A DNA stretch of 64,000 nt from Limisphaerales bacterium (GTDB lineage: Bacteria > Verrucomicrobiota > Verrucomicrobiia > Limisphaerales > JADJPG01): the NCBI GenBank assembly GCA_044229355.1, contig JBGATF010000025.1:33930-97929 (forward strand). The letters run 5' to 3'. This document shows, piece after piece, positions 10,045 through 19,030 of this stretch (position 1 is the stretch's first letter; the number at the start of each line of letters is the position of its first letter). A program made the translations under genes and the position numbers. The notes under the pieces are model-generated. The model saw only the letters and a program-made list of their open reading frames with translations, was not told the DNA's origin and did not search any database.

Positions 10045-10195
10045 CGCATATTTCATGCTGAGCTCGAATCGCGAACACCCTGATGGGAGGACGGAGGGTG
10101 GGGCGCGCGCTCCGCGCACGCCGCCAAACCGGTTCGCATCAACGGGTCGCCGGCGCGCACGGAGTGCGCGCCCTACCTTCACCATGAAATATTCA
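10045..10195. repeat. Imperfect ~150-bp palindromic intergenic element containing a short member of the GGTRGGGCGCGC-terminus repeat family (core 10097..10177)
   Basis: Outer arms atatttcatg (10047-10056) and catgaaatat (10183-10192). Inner arms ggtggggcgcgcgctccgcgcacgccg and cggcgcgcacggagtgcgcgccctacc. Each inner arm is itself a hairpin. Confidence 0.7.
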
Positions 10196-10209
10196 GGCTA
10201 AACGTCACC

Positions 10210-10644
10210 ATGCAAAAACTCCTTTTGTTCCTGCTCGCCGCCCTCTCACTCGAAGCCCTCGGTGTGGTTTACCTCAGCCAGGGCCTCAAACAGCTCGGCG
10301 AGCCCGCCGGCTATAGCCCCCGCGAGATCGGCCGCCTGATCGTCCAGGGCGTCACCAACAAGCACGTCCTCCTCGGTGTCGCCATGGAAACCGCGTTCTT
10401 CGTCATGCTCATGCTGCTGCTCCGCAAACATGACGTCAGCCTCATCTGGCCGCTCACCTCGCTCGGCTTCGTCCTCACCGCCCTCGCCGCCAAATTCATC
10501 CGCCACGAGGAGGTCTCCAGCCTGCGCTGGAGCGGCGTCGCCCTCATCGTCCTCGGCGCCGCCCTCGTCGGCTGGAGCGAACAGTTGAAGAAGCCCGCGT
10601 CGGAACACCCCAGCGCTCCTCCCACTCCCAATCAGCCCGCCTGA
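10210..10644 (+). CDS. Small EamA/DMT-type 4-TM membrane protein
   Basis: 144 aa with four hydrophobic helices. Its size and pattern resemble single-EamA-domain (ArnE/F-like) proteins. Confidence 0.6.
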   Translation: MQKLLLFLLAALSLEALGVVYLSQGLKQLGEPAGYSPREIGRLIVQGVTNKHVLLGVAMETAFFVMLMLLLRKHDVSLIWPLTSLGFVLTALAAKFIRHEEVSSLRWSGVALIVLGAALVGWSEQLKKPASEHPSAPPTPNQPA

Positions 10645-10666
10645 CGGTTTTCTCGGACCCGCCTGC

Positions 10667-11212
10667 TCAAAGTGCAAGTTCCCGGGTGACCTCGCGGTTG
10701 GACTCCAGCGGCCGACGGGCTGGAAGGCCAAGCCTGTCCAATATCTTCCACCGCCAGAGCTCCCATCGGCTCGGCCGCGAATACCGCCAACTCACCGCAA
10801 CCCTCCATTGGCTCGCCCCCGGCGGCGCGCTGATGTGGTAAGGCCGTTGCCCGCGGAACTCGACCGCCTCGCCAGGGCTCAGCGTCCGCGGACGTAGAAT
10901 TATCGGAGGGGCCGACAGAATCGGCGGCGGGACCGGACCGGACCGTTCGACCACAGCGGATCCCACGCCGGATTGCCAAATGCCGTCACACCGGCACTCC
11001 ACCATGGGCGGCTGACATTCGACCTCGCGCGCGCCCGCGTTCGAGACAACCAGGACAAAACGCCCTTGCCGGAGAACCAGCTCGCCAACCAACACGACCG
11101 GTGACGAGCGCGGCCCGAAAGTTCGAAACAAAGCGAATCCCGGCAGAACGATCGCCACGCCAACGATCGCCAGCCAACGCACTGTCCGCGGAGAGAAGAA
11201 GCGGGCACTCAT
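10667..11212 (-). CDS. Hypothetical membrane-anchored protein
   Basis: Internal ATG at 11212 of ORF 10667..11962 gives MSARFFSPRTVRWLAIVGVAIVLPGFALF (signal anchor). The upstream part of that ORF is antisense to nusB and was discarded. Confidence 0.45.
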   Translation of the reverse strand: MSARFFSPRTVRWLAIVGVAIVLPGFALFRTFGPRSSPVVLVGELVLRQGRFVLVVSNAGAREVECQPPMVECRCDGIWQSGVGSAVVERSGPVPPPILSAPPIILRPRTLSPGEAVEFRGQRPYHISAPPGASQWRVAVSWRYSRPSRWELWRWKILDRLGLPARRPLESNREVTRELAL

Positions 11213-11401
11213 TTTGAGCGTCGTCAGCCTGGCCGCAACCGCGCATTTCTCCCAGCTCCAACTGGACGATTCGGTTGCAACACCCGGGTAATCTTCTGCC
11301 CCAATTCCCCGGCCATCCCCGCCGTGCCGCTCAGCGCCCGCGCTTCGTTCGTCTCTGATTTTCCTTCCCGTTGCCGCCATTTCTTCGGCATTCTGCATCG
11401 T

Positions 11402-11902
11402 ATGGGTAAACGCCGAGAGGCGCGGGAACGCGCCGTGCAGTTTCTGTTTCAGCATGACTTGAACCCGCCCGACAACGTGGACGCGGCTCTTGAGCAGTTC
11501 TGGCAGGGCCAACGCTCGGCGGAGATCGCCCGCGACAAGGCCCGCGCCACCTGGGGCGAAACCGTCCAGCCCACGGAGCCCACGCCGGACGACATTGCCG
11601 TGCGCCTGTTTGCCGATCCCCTGATTCGCGGCACGCTGCAGCACCGGACGGACCTCGACCAGCACATCCTCAAGCACTGCCGAAACTGGGAGCTCTCGCG
11701 CATCGCCGCCGTCGATCGCAACATCCTGCGTCTCGCCGTCTACGAAATGTTGCACCGCCAGGACATCCCGCCGGTGGTCTCGATCAACGAAGCCGTGGAG
11801 ATCGCCAAGAAGTTCTCCACCCAGGACAGCGGCAAGTTCGTCAACGGCATCCTGGACAGCGTCAAGGCGGAGCTGATGCGCCCCGCGCGCCTCGCCACAT
11901 GA
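11402..11902 (+). CDS. nusB: Transcription antitermination factor NusB
   Basis: ATG at 11402. Motifs: RREARERAVQFLFQ, NWELSRIAAVDRNILRLAVYEM, INEAVEIAKKFS...SGKFVNGILD. Confidence 0.9.
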   Translation: MGKRREARERAVQFLFQHDLNPPDNVDAALEQFWQGQRSAEIARDKARATWGETVQPTEPTPDDIAVRLFADPLIRGTLQHRTDLDQHILKHCRNWELSRIAAVDRNILRLAVYEMLHRQDIPPVVSINEAVEIAKKFSTQDSGKFVNGILDSVKAELMRPARLAT

Positions 11903-11927
11903 GACCCCGGACGAAGACAACGAAGCG

Positions 11928-12815
11928 ATGAGCGCCTGGGCCGATCTGCACCTGCATACCAAGTTCTCCGACGGGACCTACACCCCGGAAGAGCTGGTCG
12001 CTCACGCGCATCGCTGCGGGTTCAAGGCCATCGCCCTGACCGATCACGACACCATGGAAGGGTGCGTCCGCGCCGGGTTCGCCTGCGAAAAGGTCGGCAT
12101 TGAATTCATCCCCGCCACCGAGCTCACGTGCGAACACGACGGCCATGAGCTGCACCTGTTGGGCTATTATCTCGACGCCACCCATCCGCAGCTGGCCGCC
12201 GATCTCGCCAAGTTCCAGGAGGTCCGCCAGGGGCGCATTCTCGAGATGGTCACGCGCCTCAATCACCTCGGCATTCCCCTCCAGGCCGACGCCGTCTTCG
12301 CCCTGGCCAATTGTCACTCGCCCGGACGACCGCACGTCGCGCGGGCGCTGGCCCAAGGCGGCTGGTGTTCGAACCTCGACGAGGCCTTCGAACGGTTCCT
12401 GAAAAAGGGCAAGCCCGCCTGGGTGCCCAAATTCAAGATCTCCGCCGTCGACGCCATCGCGTTGGTGCACGAGGCCGGCGGCCTCGCGGTCATGGCCCAC
12501 CCGGGCCTCAACCATTGCGATGAGCTCATCCCCGTCCTGGTCGAAGCGCGGCTGGATGGCCTCGAATGTTTCCACAGCAAACACTCCACCGTCGCCACGC
12601 AACGTTACCTGGAGATCGCCGATCGCCACCGGCTGCTTGTCACCGGCGGTTCAGACTGCCACGGCATGAGCAAGGGCAAGCCGCTCATCGGCAGCATCAA
12701 GGTCCCCTACGAATGCGTCGAACGGATGCGCAACGTCGTGCTCCGCCGCGCCGGCGAAGGCGGCTTCCTCATCGCGGGCGACGCCGGAACGGCCCCCCCT
12801 CCCGCCTCGGCCTGA
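11928..12815 (+). CDS. PHP-domain metal-dependent phosphoesterase (TrpH/YciV-like)
   Basis: Motifs: ADLHLHTKFSDGTYTPEELV, IALTDHDTMEG, MAHPG, GGSDCHG. Confidence 0.85.
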   Translation: MSAWADLHLHTKFSDGTYTPEELVAHAHRCGFKAIALTDHDTMEGCVRAGFACEKVGIEFIPATELTCEHDGHELHLLGYYLDATHPQLAADLAKFQEVRQGRILEMVTRLNHLGIPLQADAVFALANCHSPGRPHVARALAQGGWCSNLDEAFERFLKKGKPAWVPKFKISAVDAIALVHEAGGLAVMAHPGLNHCDELIPVLVEARLDGLECFHSKHSTVATQRYLEIADRHRLLVTGGSDCHGMSKGKPLIGSIKVPYECVERMRNVVLRRAGEGGFLIAGDAGTAPPPASA

Positions 12816-12843
12816 TCCGTCCGCGCCACCTCCTTTCCAACTC

Positions 12844-13767
12844 ATGGGCCTGTTCCAGAAATTCAAGCAGGGCCTGCAGAAAACGCAGGCCAGGTTGTTC
12901 CACGAGATCAAGCGCATCGTCACCCTCTCGCCCAAGCTGACCGGGTCGACGCTCGAAGAGCTCGAGGCCGCCCTCCTCGCGGCTGATCTCGGGACGGGCA
13001 TGACCCAGCAGATCCTGGGCGCCGTCAAAACCGCCTACGAAACCCAGGGCCGATCCGGCCTCGCCATCTTCGACGTCGCCGAACGCGAGGTGGAAAAATG
13101 CCTGGCCGCCGCCCAGGCGCCGCTCCGCCGCCAGCCTTCCGGTTTAACCGTCGTTTCCATTGTCGGGGTCAACGGCACGGGCAAGACCACCACCGCCGCC
13201 AAGCTCGGCCACCTTCTGAAAGCTGAAGGCCGCTCGGTCGTCCTGGCGGCGTGCGACACGTTCCGCGCGGCCGCCGTCGAGCAGCTCAAGCTGTGGGGCG
13301 AGCGCCTCGAGGTGCCGGTCGTCGCCGGCGCCGCCAATGCGGATCCGGCTGCCGTCGCCCACGACGGCATCGCCTCCGCGCAGGCGCGCAACGCGGACTA
13401 CCTTCTGGTGGACACCGCAGGCCGCCTGCACACCAAGCACAACCTCATGCAGGAGCTGCAAAAGGTGCACCGCGTCATGGATCGAAAACTCCCGGGCGCA
13501 CCCCACGAGACGTTGCTCGTGCTCGACGCCACCACCGGCATGAACGCCCTCAACCAGGCTCGCGAGTTTCACAAGGCTGTCACCTTGTCCGGACTCGTCA
13601 TCACCAAGCTCGACGGCACCTCCAAGGGCGGCATGGTCGTCGCCATCCAACGCGAGCTCGGCCTGCCCATCAAATTCATCGGGCTCGGCGAACAACCCGA
13701 CGACCTCCAGCCCTTCGACGCCAAACAATTCTCGGAAGCGCTCTTTTCGATCAAGGAAGGGGCCTGA
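12844..13767 (+). CDS. ftsY: Signal recognition particle receptor FtsY
   Basis: Short-form FtsY. NG domain with [42 protein letters not shown]. Confidence 0.9.
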   Translation: MGLFQKFKQGLQKTQARLFHEIKRIVTLSPKLTGSTLEELEAALLAADLGTGMTQQILGAVKTAYETQGRSGLAIFDVAEREVEKCLAAAQAPLRRQPSGLTVVSIVGVNGTGKTTTAAKLGHLLKAEGRSVVLAACDTFRAAAVEQLKLWGERLEVPVVAGAANADPAAVAHDGIASAQARNADYLLVDTAGRLHTKHNLMQELQKVHRVMDRKLPGAPHETLLVLDATTGMNALNQAREFHKAVTLSGLVITKLDGTSKGGMVVAIQRELGLPIKFIGLGEQPDDLQPFDAKQFSEALFSIKEGA

Positions 13768-13791
13768 GGAGTTTGCATTTTCATCTCCGGG

Positions 13792-13906
13792 CAGGGCTGG
13801 CGCTCCCTCCTTCGCTCAGAGCTACGGCGGGCCGAAGCCACCGCCGGCCTGGGGCGGCACGTTGATCCGCACCGATCGGCCCGCTGCGGAGAGCGGGCCC
13901 CACCCC
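13792..13906. repeat. ~115-bp GC-rich MITE/REP-like element (copy E1)
   Basis: Reverse complement aligns colinearly, at about 80% identity by eye, with 34380..34494. Contains the hairpin ggcccgct-gcggag-agcgggcc (13878-13899). Lies between convergent ftsY and the ABC exporter gene. Confidence 0.8.
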
Positions 13907-13938
13907 TCGTTCCTGGTAATCCCAGCGTCCGCGGAAAT

Positions 13939-15783
13939 TTAATCCGCCCGGATGCCCTGCTGCGCCGCCATGCCGGCAAACACGCCCCGCCGGCGCAGCA
14001 GCTCCTGAAAACTGCCCTGCTCCACGATCTCCCCCTCGTTCAGCACCACAATTTCGTCCATCGCCGCCAGCGTGGACAGCCGGTGGGCCACGCAGATGAC
14101 GGTGCGATGCTCCGCCAGGTGATCGATCGCCGCCTGCACCTCAGCCTCGGCATTCGCGTCGAGCGCGCCGGTCGCCTCGTCCAGCACCAGGATCGGCGCG
14201 TCGCGCACAAACGCCCGCGCGATGGAAAGCCGCTGGCGTTGCCCGCCGGACAACGTCGCCCCCCGCTCGCCCGCCGGGCCGTCGTAGCCGCCCGGACGCT
14301 CGAGGATGAATTCATGGGCGTAGGCATCGCGCGCCGCCGCGATGACCTGCTCGCGCGTGGCTCCCTTGCGTCCACACGCGATGTTGTCCGCAATCGATTG
14401 ATCAAAGATGACGACCTCCTGGCTGACCAGCGCCATCACCTGGCGCAGGTCGTGCGTCGAGTAGTCGCGGAGGTCCACGCCGTCGATCCGCACGGAGCCG
14501 CCGGACGGATCATAGAACCGGAACAGCAGGTTCAAGACGGTGGTCTTGCCCGAGCCGCTGGCCCCCGCCAACCCCAGCTTGCGCCCGCGCGGGATGGTCA
14601 GGCTGAAATCCTTGAGCACCGTGCGCTCGCCGAACCGCATGGTCACCCGGTCGAAGACGATGCGGTCGTTGAAGCCGGCCAGCAGACGGGGCTGGGCCGG
14701 CTCGCGCACGGAGGGTTGCTCGAGGAGAATCTCCCGCAGGCGCACGACGCCGACGCCGGCTTGTTCGAACAGGATGTGCAGGCCGGCCAGCTTCTTGATT
14801 GGCTGGAAAAACAACAAAACGCCGGTCAGGAACGACGCCAGTTCGCCCCCGCTGCGGCCGGCGCGGAAGACATACATCAGCAGCACGCCCAACCCGATCG
14901 CGGCCACCACTTCGATCACCGGGTTGACCAGCTCCTTGGCCTGCACGCCTTTCATGCCGGCGTGGACGATGTCGCCGGACGTGCGATGGAACCGCGCGCG
15001 CTGTTCCTCCTCGAGGCCGAAGGCTTTCACCACCCGGACGCCGGCCAGCAGTTCGATCAGCTGGCCGGACTGCATGACGCTCGCGCGCAGCCCGGCCTTG
15101 GTGGCGCGCCGGGCCTTTTTCCCGAGGCGAATCAGCGGATAGAGGCAAAGCGGCAGCAAAACCAGGGCGGCCAGCGTCAGCTGCCAGTCGAGCCAGCAGA
15201 GGCAGCCCAACACGAAGATCAACGTGAGCGGTTCCTTGATGAGATCGGCCGCGCCCTGGCGCAGGCTGCGCAGCAGGTTCAGGCTGTCCGTGTTGACCCG
15301 CGTCAGCAAATCCCCAGTCGACGCGCGATTGAAGAAGTCGAGCGACAGATCGTTCAGCTTGTCGACGATGTCGAGCCGGATGTCGCGCACGACGCGTTCG
15401 CTGACCCAGCCCATGCAATAGCTGCTGAGATAATCCGAGGCCGCCCGCAAAAACATGGGCAGAGTGAGGAAGATGAGCAGACCGTAGTAATGCCGGGTTT
15501 CCATCGGCCGGCCGACGCGGGGCAGGTAGCGATCGACCCACTCGCGCAGGCTCGCCTTGGTCTCCAGGACGAACGCCGGCGTGGTCACCGGCCGCGCGGC
15601 CACGTGTCGGGCCGCCGGCTCCGGGTGTTCGTCGAAGCGCTCGGCCAGCGTGCTGATCACACCGATGACGCTGGCGTTGAACAGGGCGAAAAGAAGCCCG
15701 AAGCCGACGCTGGCCAGGAGCCGAAGCTTATAGCGGCGCAGGTAGGTCCAGCCAAACCCGAGGACCGTGGCGATGTTGTTCAT
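13939..15783 (-). CDS. ABC transporter, fused permease/ATPase (MsbA-like lipid/multidrug exporter)
   Basis: ATG at 15783 within ORF 13939..15951. Six-TM domain, Walker A GASGSGKTT, signature LSGGQRQR, Walker B ILVLDEAT. Confidence 0.9.
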   Translation of the reverse strand: MNNIATVLGFGWTYLRRYKLRLLASVGFGLLFALFNASVIGVISTLAERFDEHPEPAARHVAARPVTTPAFVLETKASLREWVDRYLPRVGRPMETRHYYGLLIFLTLPMFLRAASDYLSSYCMGWVSERVVRDIRLDIVDKLNDLSLDFFNRASTGDLLTRVNTDSLNLLRSLRQGAADLIKEPLTLIFVLGCLCWLDWQLTLAALVLLPLCLYPLIRLGKKARRATKAGLRASVMQSGQLIELLAGVRVVKAFGLEEEQRARFHRTSGDIVHAGMKGVQAKELVNPVIEVVAAIGLGVLLMYVFRAGRSGGELASFLTGVLLFFQPIKKLAGLHILFEQAGVGVVRLREILLEQPSVREPAQPRLLAGFNDRIVFDRVTMRFGERTVLKDFSLTIPRGRKLGLAGASGSGKTTVLNLLFRFYDPSGGSVRIDGVDLRDYSTHDLRQVMALVSQEVVIFDQSIADNIACGRKGATREQVIAAARDAYAHEFILERPGGYDGPAGERGATLSGGQRQRLSIARAFVRDAPILVLDEATGALDANAEAEVQAAIDHLAEHRTVICVAHRLSTLAAMDEIVVLNEGEIVEQGSFQELLRRRGVFAGMAAQQGIRAD

Positions 15784-15790
15784 CCGCAGG

Positions 15791-17623
15791 TCAGGACGGC
15801 GGCGGGGACGGGGGCGGTTCCTGCGGTCCGGATTGTCGTTTGAGCTGCCGAGAAAGTGCGCGCTCCAGGTCCACCAACATCTTTTCCTTGGCCACGAGCT
15901 CCGCCTCCAGCTCGACGACGCGCTGGTCGCGCGCGCGCAGGCGGGTTTCAAATTGATTCTGGATCCGGGTCAGGCGTTCCTCGAGCTCCAACACCTGCTC
16001 GGCGCCGGCGTGGTGCGACGACAGCAACTGGCTGCGCTCCGCGGCCAGCCAGCGAACCAGGCGCTCCCGCAAAAGTTGAAAGAACGGAGGGTTCGGCCCC
16101 CGGCCGCCACCGTCCTCCGGCGGCCGCGCGGCCCGCCCTCGCATGTGGCCAATCTCCTCCTCCATCCCGCCCCGGCCCGCGCCTTCGTCCGGCTCCACGC
16201 CTCCCGCCGGGTGTTCCAAAACCTGAAACGGACCGCCCATTCTCGCCCGCTCCATCGTGACCAGACGCGCCGTCACCGGCCCGCTCGGGCGAGGCGTCCC
16301 GGCGCCCAGCGTCCCCGCCGGAACAATCGGCGGCTCCGGCAGCGGCCGACGCCGGCGCAACGCCCAAATTCCCGCCCCCAGGACGACCAGGGCCACGCCG
16401 GCTCCCACCGCCAGCGATCGCGGATCGAATCGTGAGGATTTGTCGCTCTCCGCCCGGTCGGTTCGTTCGGTGCGGCGAGCGTCAGCGGGCTGAGCTGGCG
16501 GGGTCGTCGGCCCCGCCGCAGCCGCGAGCCCAACCCGGTTGGTTGGGGGCTTGCCCGCTGAACCTCCGGCCGCCAGCGCCGGGGCCAGTCCGTTTGTTCC
16601 GTTGGTGGCTTTCGCAGGCGCCGGAGTACCCACCGCCTGGGCCACCGCCGGGGACGAGGACGCCGGGCTGCCGTTCGTGCCGGCCGCCGGCTTACCCGCC
16701 GGCTTGACAGGCGGGCGGGCCGCCGCCACGGCGACCGGCCGGTTGGTCGGGGTGCTCCCCGGAGATTTCAACCCGAGCTCGACCAGCGCCACCGGAGCAA
16801 AAAAGCCCCGCTGTTCCACCGACTGAGGCTCACCCACCGTCACCGCGCCCTTGTAAAAAGCCGAGACGAGCGATCCTTCGGCCGGCCAGCCGGTGCTCGA
16901 TTGGGCCGTGGACGCCGACAACGTGCGATTGCCCGGCGCCAGCTTGAAGCCGTTCGCCAGCAGGACGGCGCACGCCGGGTCATTGGTGCCGCCGGGCTGG
17001 TCGACTTCCAAATCCGTGGCCAGATACGCCGCCTTGTGTTCGTGCGTGGCCGAGTCAAAGAGCCAGCGCTGGTGCGCCACGATGTAACGCGCACACAGCT
17101 CGCGCCGGCGCGGGATGCTCGCGGCCATCTCCCGCGTCATCCACGAAGCCACCCGCGGGAATTGCACCGTGTAAAACATCAGCACCTCCACCGGCTGCTG
17201 GATGATGCAAAACGAAAAGCCGCCCGGGATGTCCAGCCGTCCCGTTTCCCGCCACGCCACCGTGCGGGAGTAAGGCGGTGCATGCTTCGACAGCACCGTG
17301 AGCACCGGCGACACCGTCCGCGTGCTCGGCGAATCCTTCAGGAACGAAGAGAAAATCGGGTTCAGATAACTGGCCGGCTTCAACAGGTCGGACAGCTGCT
17401 TGGTCGTGCTGCGGCTGGGGATCCCGTGGAGAAGAATGACGTCGGCATTGAGGGGCTTGAGCACCGCCGCAGCCCGCTCGAGATACGGCGCGAACGCGGC
17501 GGCCGAATTGGTCGGCGGCGCGTCCGGAAGTTCCACCAGCCACGTTGCCACCGTCAGCGATTGCGCGGGGGCGGCAACCACTGACGACAACGTTAACAAC
17601 AGGATCGACAGGACTCGTCGCAT
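15791..17623 (-). CDS. Hypothetical bitopic membrane protein: secreted N-domain, Pro/Ala-rich linker, TM helix, cytoplasmic coiled coil
   Basis: ATG at 17623 gives the signal peptide MRRVLSILLLTLSSVVAAPAQS. TM helix LAVGAGVALVVLGAGIWAL. C-terminal heptad-like ELEERLTRIQNQFETRLRARDQRVVELEAELVAKEKMLVDLERAL. Its stop is 8 nt before the ABC exporter start. Confidence 0.6.
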   Translation of the reverse strand: MRRVLSILLLTLSSVVAAPAQSLTVATWLVELPDAPPTNSAAAFAPYLERAAAVLKPLNADVILLHGIPSRSTTKQLSDLLKPASYLNPIFSSFLKDSPSTRTVSPVLTVLSKHAPPYSRTVAWRETGRLDIPGGFSFCIIQQPVEVLMFYTVQFPRVASWMTREMAASIPRRRELCARYIVAHQRWLFDSATHEHKAAYLATDLEVDQPGGTNDPACAVLLANGFKLAPGNRTLSASTAQSSTGWPAEGSLVSAFYKGAVTVGEPQSVEQRGFFAPVALVELGLKSPGSTPTNRPVAVAAARPPVKPAGKPAAGTNGSPASSSPAVAQAVGTPAPAKATNGTNGLAPALAAGGSAGKPPTNRVGLAAAAGPTTPPAQPADARRTERTDRAESDKSSRFDPRSLAVGAGVALVVLGAGIWALRRRRPLPEPPIVPAGTLGAGTPRPSGPVTARLVTMERARMGGPFQVLEHPAGGVEPDEGAGRGGMEEEIGHMRGRAARPPEDGGGRGPNPPFFQLLRERLVRWLAAERSQLLSSHHAGAEQVLELEERLTRIQNQFETRLRARDQRVVELEAELVAKEKMLVDLERALSRQLKRQSGPQEPPPSPPPS

Positions 17624-17891
17624 GCGGAATCGATGGCAGCATAAGTACGGGCCGCCGACCAAATGTAAAGCCCGTGTTTCGGCGGGATCAGGGACATTTT
17701 TGCCGATCGACTTCAGGCCCGTCCCAAACCCGCTCGCGGTGCAATTCGCGACGTGAGCCCAGGGCGGCCCGCCCGCCTAACCATCCCGGCCGATGCGACT
17801 TCTCCCGGCGTGAGCCGGCCCGGAAGGCGCCCCTTGAAGATTGCGCGTGGAGAGTTTTTCGGCATGCTTCCGCCCAACACTTACTTTCGCC

Positions 17892-18857
17892 ATGAACATC
17901 TCCCGCCGCCATTTTCTCGCCGCGTCCGCGGCCACCTCCGCTGCTGCCGGCCTCCTCCTCCCGGCCCCCGGCGCCCACGCCGCACCTTTGGCCACCCCGC
18001 CCCGCAAACGCATCAAGTTCGGGATCTCCACCTACTCCTATTGGCACTTCAAAACCACCCGCGTCCCGATCGAGACCGTCATCGAACAAGCCGCCATCCT
18101 CGGGGCCGAAGGCGTCGACATCCTCCATCGGCAGATGGACATCCCCGAACGGCAGCCGCTCACGGCGGATGGACGCGCGTATTTGCGGCGGCTCAAGCGC
18201 CACGCGTTTCGCAATGGCATCGATCTGATCTGCCTGTCCACCCACCAGTCCTTCGTGAACCCAAACCGCGAAAAGCTCGACGCCGAGGTCGAGCACACGA
18301 AGCGATGCATCGAGATCGCCTACGAGCTGGGCATACCCAGCATCCGCATCAATACCGGCCGCTGGAACACCGTCGACTTCGACACGCTTATGGCCCAGCG
18401 CGGCGTCGAGGCCGTGTTGCCCGGCTACACCGAGGAGGATGGATTCCGCTGGTGCATCGACGGCATCCGCCGCTGCCTGCCCAAGGCCGAGGATTGCGGC
18501 GTCCTGCTCGCGCTCGAAAATCATTGGGGCCTGGCCCGCACCCCCGAAGGCCTCCTGCGCATCCTCGGCGAAATCAAATCGCCCTGGCTCGGCGCCCTCA
18601 TGGACACCGGCAACTTCCTCGAAAATCCCTACGTCAAGCTCGAGCAGATCGCCCCCCAGACCGTCTTCGTGCAGGCCAAGACCTATCACGGCGGCGGCGA
18701 GTGGTACACGCTCGACCTCGACTACAAACGCATCGCCCGCATCCTCGCCGATGTGAACTACACCGGCTACGTCTCGCTCGAGATGGAAGGCAAGGAAAAC
18801 CCTGACACCGCCGTGCCCAAGAGCCTCAAGATGCTCCGCAAGGCCTTCGATTCGTAG
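17892..18857 (+). CDS. Tat-exported sugar phosphate isomerase/epimerase (xylose-isomerase-like TIM barrel)
   Basis: ATG at 17892 gives the twin-arginine signal MNISRRHFLAASAATSAAAG. Motifs: LALENHWG, DTGNF, YTGYVSLEMEG. Confidence 0.85.
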   Translation: MNISRRHFLAASAATSAAAGLLLPAPGAHAAPLATPPRKRIKFGISTYSYWHFKTTRVPIETVIEQAAILGAEGVDILHRQMDIPERQPLTADGRAYLRRLKRHAFRNGIDLICLSTHQSFVNPNREKLDAEVEHTKRCIEIAYELGIPSIRINTGRWNTVDFDTLMAQRGVEAVLPGYTEEDGFRWCIDGIRRCLPKAEDCGVLLALENHWGLARTPEGLLRILGEIKSPWLGALMDTGNFLENPYVKLEQIAPQTVFVQAKTYHGGGEWYTLDLDYKRIARILADVNYTGYVSLEMEGKENPDTAVPKSLKMLRKAFDS

Positions 18858-19030
18858 GCCGGTGCCTCCGCAGGTTTTCGGTGACGCTTCGTCCGATGTC
18901 CGGAGCGCGGGAATTCTGCCCGCAGCGGCTGGAATCGGCGGCCCGGGCCGACAACTTCGGGATGCACTGTCGCGGGCCGCCGGCGCGGGCCGACCTTGCC
19001 CACGCGGACTGGTTCATGTTATCCGCAGAC

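Noticed and set aside
11213-11962. Upstream 250 codons of the minus-strand ORF 10667..11962.
   Set aside because: This part is antisense to a clear nusB gene (11402..11902). Only the distal 181 codons, from the ATG at 11212, were kept, and with low confidence.
17683-17699. Possible sigma-54 promoter (cagGGacatttttGCcg) upstream of the Tat sugar isomerase gene. The TGGCAC at 1405-1410 upstream of queE was also considered.
   Set aside because: The GG-to-GC spacing at 17683 is one nucleotide short of the -24/-12 consensus and the flanking bases do not match TGGCAC/TTGCW. The 1405 site lacks any -12 TTGC element. I found no convincing target for the NtrC-like activator in the window.
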